NCBI GenBank assembly: GCA_000004985.1
Contig: GG738857.1
Reading direction: 5' to 3' (one strand)
From: Naegleria gruberi
Lineage: Eukaryota
DNA length: 64,000 nucleotides
Part shown: one piece after another, positions 47,369-59,113 of the stretch
Layout: each line of letters begins with the position of its first letter
Numbering within the stretch: position 1 is the stretch's first letter
Made by a program: the position numbers and the translations under genes
The notes under the pieces: model-generated
Seen by the model: the letters and a program-made list of their open reading frames with translations, nothing else
Told to the model about the DNA's origin: nothing
Database searches by the model: none

Positions 47369-47905
47369 TTAGAAAGCATTAATCAACTTTTTAGCTTCAG
47401 AATCAGCAGATGGACTTTGTCTTTCATTAGCAACCTTCATAATAAGAGTCAAATTGCAATCCAAAGTGACAACCAAATCAGTACCATTAACCTTGTAAGA
47501 ATATCCAAGGAAACCAGAAGATTCCTTACTATCAGCATTGTGGACAACTCTGAAAATCAATTTTTCCAATCCCATGAAAGCATCCTAACAATCAGGATCC
47601 TTGATGAATACCTTGGCAATTTCACTCATATTACTCAATCTTGGACTTTCAGTTAAGAATTTGATGCAATTATTCAACAAGGTATCTTCAGCAAATCTAT
47701 CACCATACTTGTATTTGGTTTCAGTTGGCAATGCAGCAAGAGAAGCCCAATCCAACAAGATGATCATCTTTGAATTGACTTGTTGAAGATTCTTGGTTGC
47801 AGGAACAATACGATTGTTGAATAATTCACGAACTACCTTCTTGAATGCCAAACCACTTCCACACATGTTTTCATTGAATAATTCTTCGTGAGTTTGTTGA
47901 GTCAT
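47369..47905 (-). CDS. Hypothetical small conserved-looking protein. Two ORFs (47905..47585 and 47575..47369) sit in the same frame, separated by a single in-frame TAG
   Basis: Codon usage is gene-like. The first ORF is MTQQTHEELFNENMCGSGLAFKKVVRELF...VFIKDPDC, then comes TAG, then DAFMGLEKLIFRVVHNADSKESSGFLGYSYKVNGTDLVVTLDCNLTLIMKVANERQ... No family was recognised. Confidence 0.4.
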
Positions 47906-49052
47906 TTTGATATAAAGTTTGTTGAGGAGTTTTCAGATACAATCCAATATTGAATATTGTTTTTTTGTGTTGTTTTTATCATAAAGAATGGTCAATTGGA
48001 ATTTATAGAAATTTTATTGTGTAAGATTACAATATTTACAATGGAGTTTAATAGAGTCAATGGTTTTCTGAGAATTGAATTGGTTGAACATTTGTGGAAC
48101 AACCTTATTGAGAAGTCAGTAAGAGGAATGGTAACACCTCAGTATCATCTAACTATCGAATAGAACTCAACACAATTGGATATGAATAAAGGGAGGATAT
48201 TAGTTTACAATATTCTCATTTAACAGTCCTGATCGAGTTGCTTAAAATAATTAGTTGGGAACTCATTGTAACTTTTGGAACCACCAAAACGAAAAAAAAC
48301 TACATGGACATGTAAACACGCTCTCATGCAACATGCATGAATGGAAGTTGTCTTATGCCTATCAAAGTTAATATGAACCCAAAAATCTTCATTTCAAACA
48401 GGAATTCGTAATAGAACAAATTACGATTATGATTCAATATTATGAGGACGAATAAGCACATTATTACAAAACCTTAATATAGTGATATTCTAAAACTGGA
48501 GAACTAGTTACTTTGGAATGATCAAGGTGAGGAGTAATGTTATTGAAACGGAACGACAATTTATTGATTAGGACGGTTGTTTTGTTGTTTTTTGTCATTT
48601 TCTTTTGTTTATTCATGATTTTCATTAAATCAAAAATGTATCAACTTGTAAATAATTAAGTTGGAGGAATGGCTATTGCAATGCCAAAGGATTTTTTTAT
48701 CATCTTAATTGAAACATTCTACATTATTGCCTAATTTTTAATTTCTAACTACTACATGTTACGCAATTTCAAAGGCAATACTAAACTTCAAAGTGTTACC
48801 TCATCTTGGATGCTTGCAAACTGATAGCAAATAATGCTCAATTGAGAGTTGGTGTTTGGAATTTGTTTTGTAAAGACTTTGGAAAAGTTCAATATTTTCA
48901 CCTCTACTCTTATTTAAATCTTCAGCAGACAAATCATAAATATTTCCCAAAGAAATTTGAGAAGGTTGTTCAAGTGTGTTTCAATTAGGAGGTGTTAATA
49001 TTAACCGGGTTGATGATGTTAGCCTTATATTCAATATATTAATGTAATTGAT

Positions 49053-49170
49053 GGCTACGGCCATATCACTATGAATGCACCTCATCCCGTCCGATTTGAG
49101 AAGTTAAGCATAGTCGAGCCACATCAGTACTGAGGTTGGAGACAACTTGGGAACCTGTGGTGCTGTAGTC
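49053..49170 (+). rRNA. 5S ribosomal RNA, copy 2
   Basis: It is 118 nt, identical to copy 1 except ...CACtATG... and ...CATaGTCG.... TTTTT follows at 49171-49175. Confidence 0.9.
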
Positions 49171-49175
49171 TTTTT
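49171..49175 (+). terminator. Pol III T5 terminator after 5S copy 2
   Basis: TTTTT run immediately 3' of the 5S gene. Confidence 0.5.
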
Positions 49176-49284
49176 ATCTTTTGAAACATCAAACATTTAC
49201 AAGTTCAAATTAAGTTTAATGATGATTAAGGTTTAAGAGTCTGTCTTGAAAGGAAGATGATGAAGATTATTTCTCTAAGAAAAA

Positions 49285-52212
49285 TTAATCAATCAAAACA
49301 ACCTTATTGAAAACTCTTTTAACAAGAGAGGCTTGATAAGTATTACATCCCAAAAGAAGTGAAGGTAGAATTGGTGCAAAAAAGACAGCAACTTCATCTA
49401 AGGCAATTGATTCAGGATGATAATCCATCATGTAATCAGTTAATAAAATTAATGAAAAGAAAAGGGAAATATCACCTGCACCATTCGTCTGCATTTCTTC
49501 AACAACAATATCACATAAGGATGAAAAAATCTTACCAAATTGTAATCCTATTAACTCAATTGCTCTAGATTGAACAAGTAATAAACCAGAGACTAGTATC
49601 TTATCTTGATAAGTTAATAGTAGATTTCTAATCTCTTCAGTTGTGTAAAAATCATAACTTGTCAAGTATTTCACAACCATAAGATATCGATCAATATTTT
49701 GGGCAAATATAGCTTGTGATCTATTACCATCATTTCTCAGTAAATCGTTATACATTAATCTTCCAAGTGCCCAAGAGGCATGAGTGAGAGTATCTATACG
49801 TTTTGATAAATTACTTGCATCAATGATAATTTGATCAGTAAAGAAAGTTTTAGGAGGTAAAGCTTCCTCAAATATTGTTGGTAATATAAAGTCATAGACA
49901 AAGCGTTTTCCTATAATTGTTGAAATATTAATATCACATGTTGTTGTATTTGTATCATGACCATCATTATCAAAAGGACACAAATCCAATAGTCCAACAT
50001 TACTCAGAATTCCAATTAACTGATAAATAGATCCTCTGGAAGTAGTTGATGAAATCTCAGTATATTCAATATAAGATCGTATCAACTTGGTCAAGAAGGT
50101 AAAGTAATTGCTCTCATTGAAAAAATTACAAATAGATTCAAAATTAGTAATTCTAGAAATTTCCTTAATAGCAACAATGTACGCTGATACAATTTCAACG
50201 TGCTCTTGAAGAGTACCATCTCTCCATATTTCTTCAATCTTTTCCTTAATATATAAAAGTATAGTTTTGAATTCAAATCCATCCTTAATAAAATCATACG
50301 AATCGTGTAGAGTTTCAAAATAGAAAATAATATTCTTCTTGTGATTTTCTGCTTTCTGTTCATCTGAAATATTTGATTGTGTCATGTATTCCACTCCATT
50401 ATTAGATTTACAAATAATTTCAAATAGACGAGTCAATAAATTTCTAAAATCGTCTACAAATGGACTATCAGAATATTCAATCTTATCAATTAGAGCACTT
50501 AATAAGATGCTATATTGTGACATGTTTGAAATGTTGGCTTCAAATGATTTGATGACACTTTTTATCAAATCATCAGTGATTCTAGATTCATGTACTTCAC
50601 TAAAATAGATTGATAATGAAAAACATGTATTCTCCCTCAATATTTCATCTGATGAATATAAATTCCTTTTCCATATTTCTAAAATTTTCAAATTAAACTC
50701 TGAAAGGTAATTAAAAGGTATTTTGAATTTTGAATTTCTCCTAATAAGTTGTTGCAATTTGATTTCATTACCAGATAGAAATAGTCTACTGAGTGATAGG
50801 GAAGCAAGCGTAGCAATTCGTTTTAAAATAGTATTTGATGGATAGTCATCATTTTCATTCAAGGTATTGATTAGAAAATCTCCAAAAGGGAATACAAAAG
50901 CCAATGCAAATTCTAGCTTGGCAAAACTAGTACTATACTCTGCATCTGTTGGAGGAGTACACAATTCTTCTAAATTTAAGCAAATAGTATTTAAAATTTT
51001 CGTTTTTACAATCCAAACATATTTTCCACAATTTCTAGAATTTACATTATTGATAATTGAAGAGTTGGACAAATCCTTCACTTCCTCATAGTCCTTATCT
51101 ATGAGGGATTTGATAAATTGTGCACTCAATGGTTTGGAGCCAGAAATATAAACCAATACTGAATTGGCAACATCTGAAGTTTCATCCTTCACTTTTTGAT
51201 TCCCTAATAATTGCTTTAATTCTGTATTTGGAAGTTCTGAAAAGTCATAAATACATTCTGCCAATATTGGTAAGTAAAATACAAATATTATACAATAGAA
51301 CCCCTTTAAAGTACTAATAGCTTGTGAATCCATATTGTGAGGAAGTTTTCTCTTTGGAATTACATCTTCCGAATCATCTTCCGAATCATCATCATCTGAA
51401 ATGTCATCATCTTCAACTGAACGTCTATCCATAAACTCTTGAAAAATAGACCAAAACAATAAAATTTGACGTAATAGTGCAGAATCTTGTTCTCGCAGTC
51501 GCCACTCTTGTCCACTAGTATTATCCTTGTAGAATTTTTCCTTCTTTTCTGAAAAGTATTTCAATAAAGCCAACATTGTGAAACATGATAATGAAGAACA
51601 TCCCTTCTCTCCAAATTCATAAATTGATTGTTTGCCCCAAGTTGTGAAGTCAACCTGCAACAATGTATAAAAGTGCATAATTATGTGTTGCCAATCTTGC
51701 ATATCATCCATAATATTCATTTGAAATGAATTGACAGTTTCTTTTAATATTGCTTTTGCAGCAATTTCCTTTGCACACTTTACAATACCAGGTGCAACAC
51801 TTTCTTCAATATAACTAAAGAATTGTAATATAGGTTCACTATCTAACTCTTCAACCATTTTAGTATACAATCCAGCATAAAGAAATATTACAATCATAAT
51901 TCTAATAGAAATCTTCTTTCCATCATCTTCTTTTGCAAAAGATTCAGTCAACCAAAACTTTTCACTCTCGGAAATTAAATCCTCATAACCGTATAGTTTT
52001 AAAACTTGATTAATCGTTTCTATTGTTTCCTGTTTGATTTTTGCTAAAACTTCTCTCTTCTGATCAAGTGTTTCAAGATGATGAATTTTATCTCGGATAA
52101 AAAGACAAGCCTTTTCAAAAAATTGTTTTAAACTATTATCTGATAGAGTACATGGATGAGAGGTGGAAACAAATTGTTTGGGTGTGAGTGGAAAGGATGG
52201 CATTGATGTCAT
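49285..52212 (-). CDS. Hypothetical large (975 aa) alpha-helical protein, single exon, family not recognised
   Basis: It is a long uninterrupted ORF with consistent codon bias and an acidic Asp/Ser stretch (DDDISDDDDSEDDSEDV). There are no antisense alternatives of comparable length. Confidence 0.5.
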   Translation of the reverse strand: MTSMPSFPLTPKQFVSTSHPCTLSDNSLKQFFEKACLFIRDKIHHLETLDQKREVLAKIKQETIETINQVLKLYGYEDLISESEKFWLTESFAKEDDGKKISIRIMIVIFLYAGLYTKMVEELDSEPILQFFSYIEESVAPGIVKCAKEIAAKAILKETVNSFQMNIMDDMQDWQHIIMHFYTLLQVDFTTWGKQSIYEFGEKGCSSLSCFTMLALLKYFSEKKEKFYKDNTSGQEWRLREQDSALLRQILLFWSIFQEFMDRRSVEDDDISDDDDSEDDSEDVIPKRKLPHNMDSQAISTLKGFYCIIFVFYLPILAECIYDFSELPNTELKQLLGNQKVKDETSDVANSVLVYISGSKPLSAQFIKSLIDKDYEEVKDLSNSSIINNVNSRNCGKYVWIVKTKILNTICLNLEELCTPPTDAEYSTSFAKLEFALAFVFPFGDFLINTLNENDDYPSNTILKRIATLASLSLSRLFLSGNEIKLQQLIRRNSKFKIPFNYLSEFNLKILEIWKRNLYSSDEILRENTCFSLSIYFSEVHESRITDDLIKSVIKSFEANISNMSQYSILLSALIDKIEYSDSPFVDDFRNLLTRLFEIICKSNNGVEYMTQSNISDEQKAENHKKNIIFYFETLHDSYDFIKDGFEFKTILLYIKEKIEEIWRDGTLQEHVEIVSAYIVAIKEISRITNFESICNFFNESNYFTFLTKLIRSYIEYTEISSTTSRGSIYQLIGILSNVGLLDLCPFDNDGHDTNTTTCDINISTIIGKRFVYDFILPTIFEEALPPKTFFTDQIIIDASNLSKRIDTLTHASWALGRLMYNDLLRNDGNRSQAIFAQNIDRYLMVVKYLTSYDFYTTEEIRNLLLTYQDKILVSGLLLVQSRAIELIGLQFGKIFSSLCDIVVEEMQTNGAGDISLFFSLILLTDYMMDYHPESIALDEVAVFFAPILPSLLLGCNTYQASLVKRVFNKVVLID

Positions 52213-52256
52213 TTTTTTAATAATTAAATTAAATATTTTAAATATTTTTTTATTGG

Positions 52257-54879
52257 TTAATCAGTATTATTTAAAGATGATTGATATAAAATACAATCAT
52301 TAAAAAATTGTTGAACTTGTTTTTCTTTTTGTTTAAATAAATCTGAAGCATGTTGAAGTGATAAATAGGCCAATGAATCTAAATTTTGAGTTAAACAAAA
52401 TCTATATAAATGTTCAAATAAATAAGAATCATTTAAATGAGAAGCAATTTGAAAACATTTTTCATAAAATCCCTTTCTCAATGTATATAAAAAGTATTTT
52501 CTATATATAGTATGAAAATATGAATCTGATTCTAAATGTTTATGTAGGGATGCATATTTTTCTAATAACATGTCTAAAAATTCCTCAGATAATGGATCTA
52601 CATGTATTCTACTTAATAAAAATGTTAAAAATTCTTTCAAACATAATTGAAATTCTTTTGGATTTGTTAAATTTCTAATAATTGAATATCCCTCTTTTAA
52701 TTTGTGATGAATATTCAAGTGAATAGATAGAAAATGTGCATTAGATGCTGGTTCAATATTATTATCAATGAATGCACTTAATAATCCAAAATCAATTTTA
52801 AATATACAAATAGGTCCCTTCTCAAAACAAATTAACAATCTTTCATAGGGTAACATTGTACCTTTCATTAATTGTTGTTGTTGAACTGCTGCTAATTCCA
52901 TTGAATTGTTACGACTTCTTTTGAAAAATCCATTTCCACCACCACTACCACTACCACTACCACCACCACCTGAATAATTATTGGAATTATTGGATAATGA
53001 TTGATTATTACCTAATAAAATAGATGTTTGATTAGAGGAGGAGGAGGATGAATTAAATCTAGGTGATTGATTGGTAGCTGATGAGGATGATGAGGATGAT
53101 CTGGGTGTATTAGGTGCATGTGTACCTGAATCTGTGTGTAATGATGTTGAATCTAATGTTGAATCACCACTTGTCATGAATTGTACTGAACTAAATATTA
53201 AATTATTATTAGTTGTTGATGTTGAATTATTAATATTATTATTGGTAGTAGCATTGTTATTATTTGAATTTGAATTTGAATTAATTAAATTACTTGGTGT
53301 AATACATTTAATAATTGAATTTCTTAATGGAATTTGAAAATCAATAAAATTTAAACCACAATCGAATAAACAAATTTCATTAGGTGAAGAAACTAATAAC
53401 ATTGAACCTGATGGATGCCATTCAACATGTGTAGGTCTAAATCTACCAGGTAATGATTGTACTGTTATACATTTAAATTTAGATGTTTTACTATTTATAT
53501 TATCATTACCATATAAAGATAATTTAAATGATGAAAATAATTTAACTTCACCATTTGCACAACAAATACAAACATGTTTTTCACTTGGTCCAATTGCACA
53601 ACATGTTATTTCACTTTCTGTTTCAATAGTTTTATATTTACTTTTTTTAACTTGTTTTCCAATAATTTCATAAACACACCAAACAACTGACATGTTGTCA
53701 CTTGACAATTCTAATGTATGAAATGTATTACTTCTATAATTACTAAATGTATAAAATACTATTATACGACTAGCTTGTACTGTTCCAATCACTTGTATCA
53801 TTTCTCTATTTTTTAATATTTTTAATAAAATTAATTTAAATATAATTTATATAAATTAAATTAAAATATTAATTAAAAATTAAATTAAATTTTTAAAATA
53901 TTAATTAAATTAAAAACATACTTATCATCTTGTCCTCTTAAACTAATTTGTGCAATTAATAAAGAATTTCTAGTAGCTTGTCCACATAAATAAGTTTTTG
54001 GTAAATTCATTTTCATTGATTTTAATAAAGTTTCTTCATGTATTTTATCCATCATTAATTTTACATTTTTACTATTTTTAGATAAAATTTCTAAAAATAT
54101 ATTATTATAATTTTGAAATAATGGATTTTCTATAAATATTAATTCAGCATTCATTGATTGTACAATAATAAATTCATTACAAATTGAACCAGTTGATAAT
54201 AATTTAGATTCCATCATTTCATAAAATAATCTATCAATTTGTACTATTTGAATATCAGATGTTTTAGGATGTAATTTCCAATGAATTAAATGTCCACTTT
54301 CTAATATGGTTTGTAATATACATGTTTGGGAATCATAATATATGGAAATTACTTTAAATGAATTTAATTCTTCTGCACTTTCTTTAAATATTTTATTTTG
54401 TTTATCAGAAAATTCACATGAATGTCCTCTTTCTATATTTATATTATTATATTATTATATTATTAAAATTAATTAAAATTATAATATTTTAAAAAATTAA
54501 TTTAATATTTTAATTAAAAATAAAACATACTTTTTAAATAATCTTTTAATAATTTTTGTTTATCAAAATTATAAGAATAACCATTAAATAAAATATTAAA
54601 AGTATTAGAAAGTGATGTATTTGTATTAGTATTTGAATTATTAGATCTACCACTATATACTATTATATTATTACCAATACCATTATTATTATTATTTAAA
54701 GAAGATGATCGTTGATGTGGATTAAATATACTCCTCCGATTAAATGATGATGATTCGGATGATGATTGTTGTTGATTATTATTGTTGTTGGAGGAGAGAG
54801 TGGAGAGTGGTGATGTTTGTTGTTGTGAATATTGTTGTGTTAGAGTGGGTGATAATATTAATACATTCGCTTGAAACAT
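52257..54879 (-). CDS. Hypothetical beta-propeller/WD-like protein with a Ser/Asn-rich low-complexity insert. Minus-strand exons approximately 54879..54514, ~54440..53885, 53801..52257
   Basis: Three same-strand ORFs are separated by short AT-rich introns whose GTATGT/GTAAGT donors can be seen on the minus strand. WD-like segments include GHLIHWKLHP and VEWHPSGSMLLVSSPNEICLFD. The C-terminal region is helical. The family is not assigned. Confidence 0.45.
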
Positions 54880-55152
54880 TTTTTTTAATATTTTAATATT
54901 TAATTTAATTGAAATATGTGATGATTGACACTTGATGAGTTTTGGTTTATTTAATAAATTATATCATCAATTAATTGATGAAGATTATAGTATAATAGCT
55001 GTGAATGGTTAGTAAAAGTACTATGAGTTTATTTGTAAAAGGAATGACATACGAATAAAAGATAGTGATCGGAGGAAGATGGATAATATCATGATAATAA
55101 TAATAATTATAATAAACATTGATGAAAATACGTCACTAATCTTTATTAAAAA

Positions 55153-57120
55153 ATGGTTACACTGTTACCCACACATTCTAATAATATTTCATCCACTAGT
55201 AGTAGTAGTATTGGTATTGGCAGTGGATCATCTTCCACTTTTACCAATAGAACATTTTCTAAATTATATTTCAATATTAGAAAATTAACATTTAAACAAC
55301 AATTTATTATTATCATTTCATTATTATTGGTATTTTACTTGATTTATACTTTATTATTTGTTGGTTCAATGTCATCATCTACTGCTATTATTGATGGTCA
55401 ACAACAACAACAACAACAATTAAAATCAGATCCAAATATTGAAAGTTTATTAATTAAACAACCAGTCATTACCACTCCACAAACACCAGACATTGTACAA
55501 TTTAAGAAACAACAAGAACAACAACAAGAATTAAAACCACTCACAAATAATAATAATAATAATTTAAAGAAGAATGATAAACAACAACAACAACAACGAG
55601 AACAACAACAACAACAAATTGAAAAGAAACAAAATAATGAACATTTGAATGAAAAGAAGAATAAGAAAAAGAAGAAAAAGGTTCCAAAGGAATATAATCC
55701 ATTTGATTATCCTGATGATGATTTTACACATAATCCACTTCATCATGCAAAGGAGAATGATAAATCTTCAACAACACAATCTACTATTACTACCACTACT
55801 CCATCAAATACTAAATCTACAACAACACAACCAACTACTACTGCCACAAATAACAAACAAAGTAAACAAACAACTACAACAACAACAACAACTGAAGGTG
55901 GTAATGATAGTAAGTTAGCAACAACAACTACAACAACAACTGCAGATAAGAATAAGAAGGAAGAAATATTGAAACAACAACCAATTGATTTTGATGAATT
56001 GGATGAATTAGATGATAAGAAGAGTAATGTACAAGATACTAATAGTATAGTTGGTGCACCAGATAAAAAAGAAGAGAAAACACAAGTACAACAACACAAA
56101 GATATTACTGATGATGATACCTATCATGATGATAATTTAAATCACGATGAAGAATTGTTCAATGAAAAGAAAAAGAAAGTTGAAAAATTATTAAACAAGG
56201 AAATTAAACAAGATAATGATAAGAATACTCCGACTACTCCTGCTACTCCTAAAACTGCAGAAGTCAATAATAAGCTAGAGAAAGATTCAACTCTTCAAAA
56301 TACTAAAACTAATTCAGCATCCGAAAAGAATTCAAAGAAATCTGAAAAGAATGAAGATAATGTTATTGTAAAGAAATCTGAAAAGATTGAAGAAAAGAAA
56401 ATTGATCCAATGATTGATGATGATGACGATGTTATTATTGTAAAGAATTATCAACAAATTGAAGATGAGAAACCATCCAATACTGGAGAAACTAAACCTC
56501 TCATTACTGAAAAGAAAGATAATCAAGAACCTGTGAAAAAGAAGGAAAACGAAATTGCTGAAAAGAAGGACAAGACAAAAGAAGACAAGAATGAAAAGAA
56601 AAATATTGAAACCAATGAAAAGAAACCAGATATTACCGATAACAAGTCTTTAAATAAGAAGGATGAAAAGAAGGATTCAATTATTGTTGAAAACAAATCA
56701 AATGATAAGAAGAAACCAGAAGAAAAACCAGCAACCGAAGTCAAGAAGATTGAAAAGAAACCAGAAGAAAAGGAAGATAAATCAATTAATAATCAAAAGA
56801 CCACCACAACTGCCAATGCAGATAAAAAGCAAGAGGCCTTGGTTGACAACAAATCCTCTAATACCAAGTCAAATGAAAAGAAAGATACTGCTACAGCTCC
56901 AAAGGATTTAACTGATAAGAAAGTTAAGGAAGCACCAAAACAATCAAAGAAGAATTCCAAGAAGGATTTGAGATCACCTAGAAAACCAATTGATACCAAG
57001 AAACAAAAAGCAATTGATGACCAAACTAAAGTAATAACAAAGAAATTAGAAGATGGTGTAAAGAAATTGAAAGAATCAAGAGTTTTGGATGAATTTCTCG
57101 AGGATGAAGAACCTTTATAA
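55153..57120 (+). CDS. Hypothetical Lys/Glu/Thr-rich protein with an N-terminal signal-anchor helix
   Basis: It has an A-rich ATG context, a TM helix (FIIIISLLLVFYLIYTLLFVG) and then 600 aa of K/E/T/Q low complexity. It is probably lineage-specific. Confidence 0.4.
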   Translation: MVTLLPTHSNNISSTSSSSIGIGSGSSSTFTNRTFSKLYFNIRKLTFKQQFIIIISLLLVFYLIYTLLFVGSMSSSTAIIDGQQQQQQQLKSDPNIESLLIKQPVITTPQTPDIVQFKKQQEQQQELKPLTNNNNNNLKKNDKQQQQQREQQQQQIEKKQNNEHLNEKKNKKKKKKVPKEYNPFDYPDDDFTHNPLHHAKENDKSSTTQSTITTTTPSNTKSTTTQPTTTATNNKQSKQTTTTTTTTEGGNDSKLATTTTTTTADKNKKEEILKQQPIDFDELDELDDKKSNVQDTNSIVGAPDKKEEKTQVQQHKDITDDDTYHDDNLNHDEELFNEKKKKVEKLLNKEIKQDNDKNTPTTPATPKTAEVNNKLEKDSTLQNTKTNSASEKNSKKSEKNEDNVIVKKSEKIEEKKIDPMIDDDDDVIIVKNYQQIEDEKPSNTGETKPLITEKKDNQEPVKKKENEIAEKKDKTKEDKNEKKNIETNEKKPDITDNKSLNKKDEKKDSIIVENKSNDKKKPEEKPATEVKKIEKKPEEKEDKSINNQKTTTTANADKKQEALVDNKSSNTKSNEKKDTATAPKDLTDKKVKEAPKQSKKNSKKDLRSPRKPIDTKKQKAIDDQTKVITKKLEDGVKKLKESRVLDEFLEDEEPL

Positions 57121-57126
57121 ATATAA

Positions 57127-58645
57127 TTATTGAGTATTATTATTATTTCTAGTTTGTCTAATTATCGTTTTAAGTTCAGACACTAATTGTTTGAGATCTT
57201 TAATTTCTTGCGTCTGAGCTAATTGTTTCTTCCACATTAAAACAACTAAATCTTCCAAAGTTGCATTCCCAGAATTATTTCTCATAAATTCTGATGGATT
57301 TTCTGCTAAATCATTAACATTTGTAATTTCATTTGTTGAAGAAAATAATTCTAATTGATCTGCAAGTTCTACATCTTGAATTTTCTTTTCAATTTGAGAT
57401 TTTAATATTGAAGCATCTTGTGTTATAATATCAACAACATCTTCTTGTGTATCTTTTGAAATATTAGTATTAGTATTGGTATTGGTATTTGTTAAATTAT
57501 TATTTGAGGAAGGAGATGGATGGGAAGGATATTCAGGAAAATTCGTAATGACTGGTGAATGAGTTTCTGATAGAAAATCTAAAGGAGAAGAAGGAGGTAA
57601 AAAAGGTGAGAGAACATTTCCACTTGATAATATACTTGTGGAAATAGTATTATTATTACTACCTGTAGCTGTTGATGAAGATGTACTTGTCGATGATGAT
57701 GATGATTGATTGGTAATACTATTACTTAATTTCCCTTCATTTGAAAATGCAGAAAGAGAAGATTGTAATCCTGTCGGTGTTGAATTACTAGGTTTTGAAA
57801 GAATTGGAGGTGGAATAGTTGGTGGATAATTTAAATGTAACATTGAGGATGGATCATGATTTTTAAACCCATGATTCATTGGGAAGAAGGTTGGTTGAAA
57901 TGGAATCATCATGACATTACTTTGGGTTGGTGGTTGTGATTTAATGGAATTGGTAGAGGATGAAGATGGAGCATTAATTGGAATAGTTGGAACAGTTGCA
58001 GTAGTTAGCATTGGTATCATTAACATTTGATTTCCTATTAATGCTGTATTTGGTGGTGTCATTAAATTATTTTCCATTGGATTGTAGAATGGAAATTGTG
58101 GATTTGATGGTTGAGTTTCATTTGGTTTTTGTTTCTTTCTCTTTTCTTCATTAGAAGAATCATTCTTTGATTTCTTTCTAACTGCATCAACACATTTATC
58201 TCCCATACCTAGTGATACACATCGTTTACATGGTCTTTCGGAATCACAAGCTGCATGAGATTGTTTACCTAATTAATTAATATTTAATTGATAATATTGA
58301 AGTGAATTATGGATATTATTTGGTGGTTTGACAATTCAAAGAATATGATGGTTAAATGCCTTTTTTAAAATACTACTACTTACAATTTACACATGCTCTT
58401 TTTACATACTTTTTCCTAGTTTTAGTTTTTGATGGTGATTTTGAAGGTGATGAAGTTTTACTATCGGATCGTATTGATGAAATGTCACTGTTAGAAGTTT
58501 GTGGTGATTCAGTGATTGGAGAAGATGAAGAAGATGAAGAGGAGGATGGTGTTTTATTGTTAGTTAATGGTGATGAAGAATCTAACAGAGGAGGTGGAGA
58601 TTCTGTGAATATTAATTCACCATCACAAGTTGATGAAGGCAACAT
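57127..58645 (-). CDS. Zn(II)2Cys6 binuclear-cluster transcription factor. Minus-strand exons 58645..58384 and 58268..57127, intron 58383..58269
   Basis: After splicing (GTAAGT..AG, phase 1), RACVN|CKQSHAACDSERPCKRCVSLGMGDKC gives C-x2-C-x6-C-x5-C-x2-C-x8-C. The ATG at 58645 has an aaaaaaATG context. The C-terminal half is Ser/Pro/Asn-rich. Confidence 0.7.
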
Positions 58646-59113
58646 TTTTTTAATTCTTCTCAAAATTCTTGATGCTTTTAATCCACAACAGACAAAGGCT
58701 TGTTCTTTCTGGTGGTTATCAAAGCTTGGTGGAGAGGTTATTGTTAGAGGAGATCAAGAAGAAATGATATTATTGAAGATTGGTTGGCTTCCGAGACTAG
58801 GAACTTGATGATGGTGTATATAGGAGGCTACAATCACACCATCGTTTTGAAGTTTTTTATTTTGATTGAGAAATTTTCCTTTGGCGCATTCCTTAGCATT
58901 TCATGCTCTCATGTTATTATATTTGGATGAAATTTTAAAGGTGGTCAACACTAATTGCTTAACAAATCAATTATTCTTGCTTCCAAAACTCCTTAGCAAA
59001 TAGCTTGTATGCATCAATGTTTCCACATACATCATAAGGCTTGTTGTTGTATGAAATATTAATACAAGCAGGAAAGAAGAAATATTTTTAGAATTTAAAA
59101 CACAATCAAAAAA

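Larger units (their letters stand above)
49053..49262 (+). repeat. Duplicated 5S unit with conserved 3' flank (copy 2)
   Basis: See the copy 1 repeat entry; the flank similarity extends about 90 nt beyond the 5S gene. Confidence 0.7.

Noticed and set aside
58356-58808. 150-aa plus-strand ORF overlapping the Zn2Cys6 gene
   Set aside because: It is the antisense of the Ser/Pro-rich exon and intron of a minus-strand gene whose spliced product reconstitutes a perfect C6 zinc cluster, so the plus ORF is not supported.
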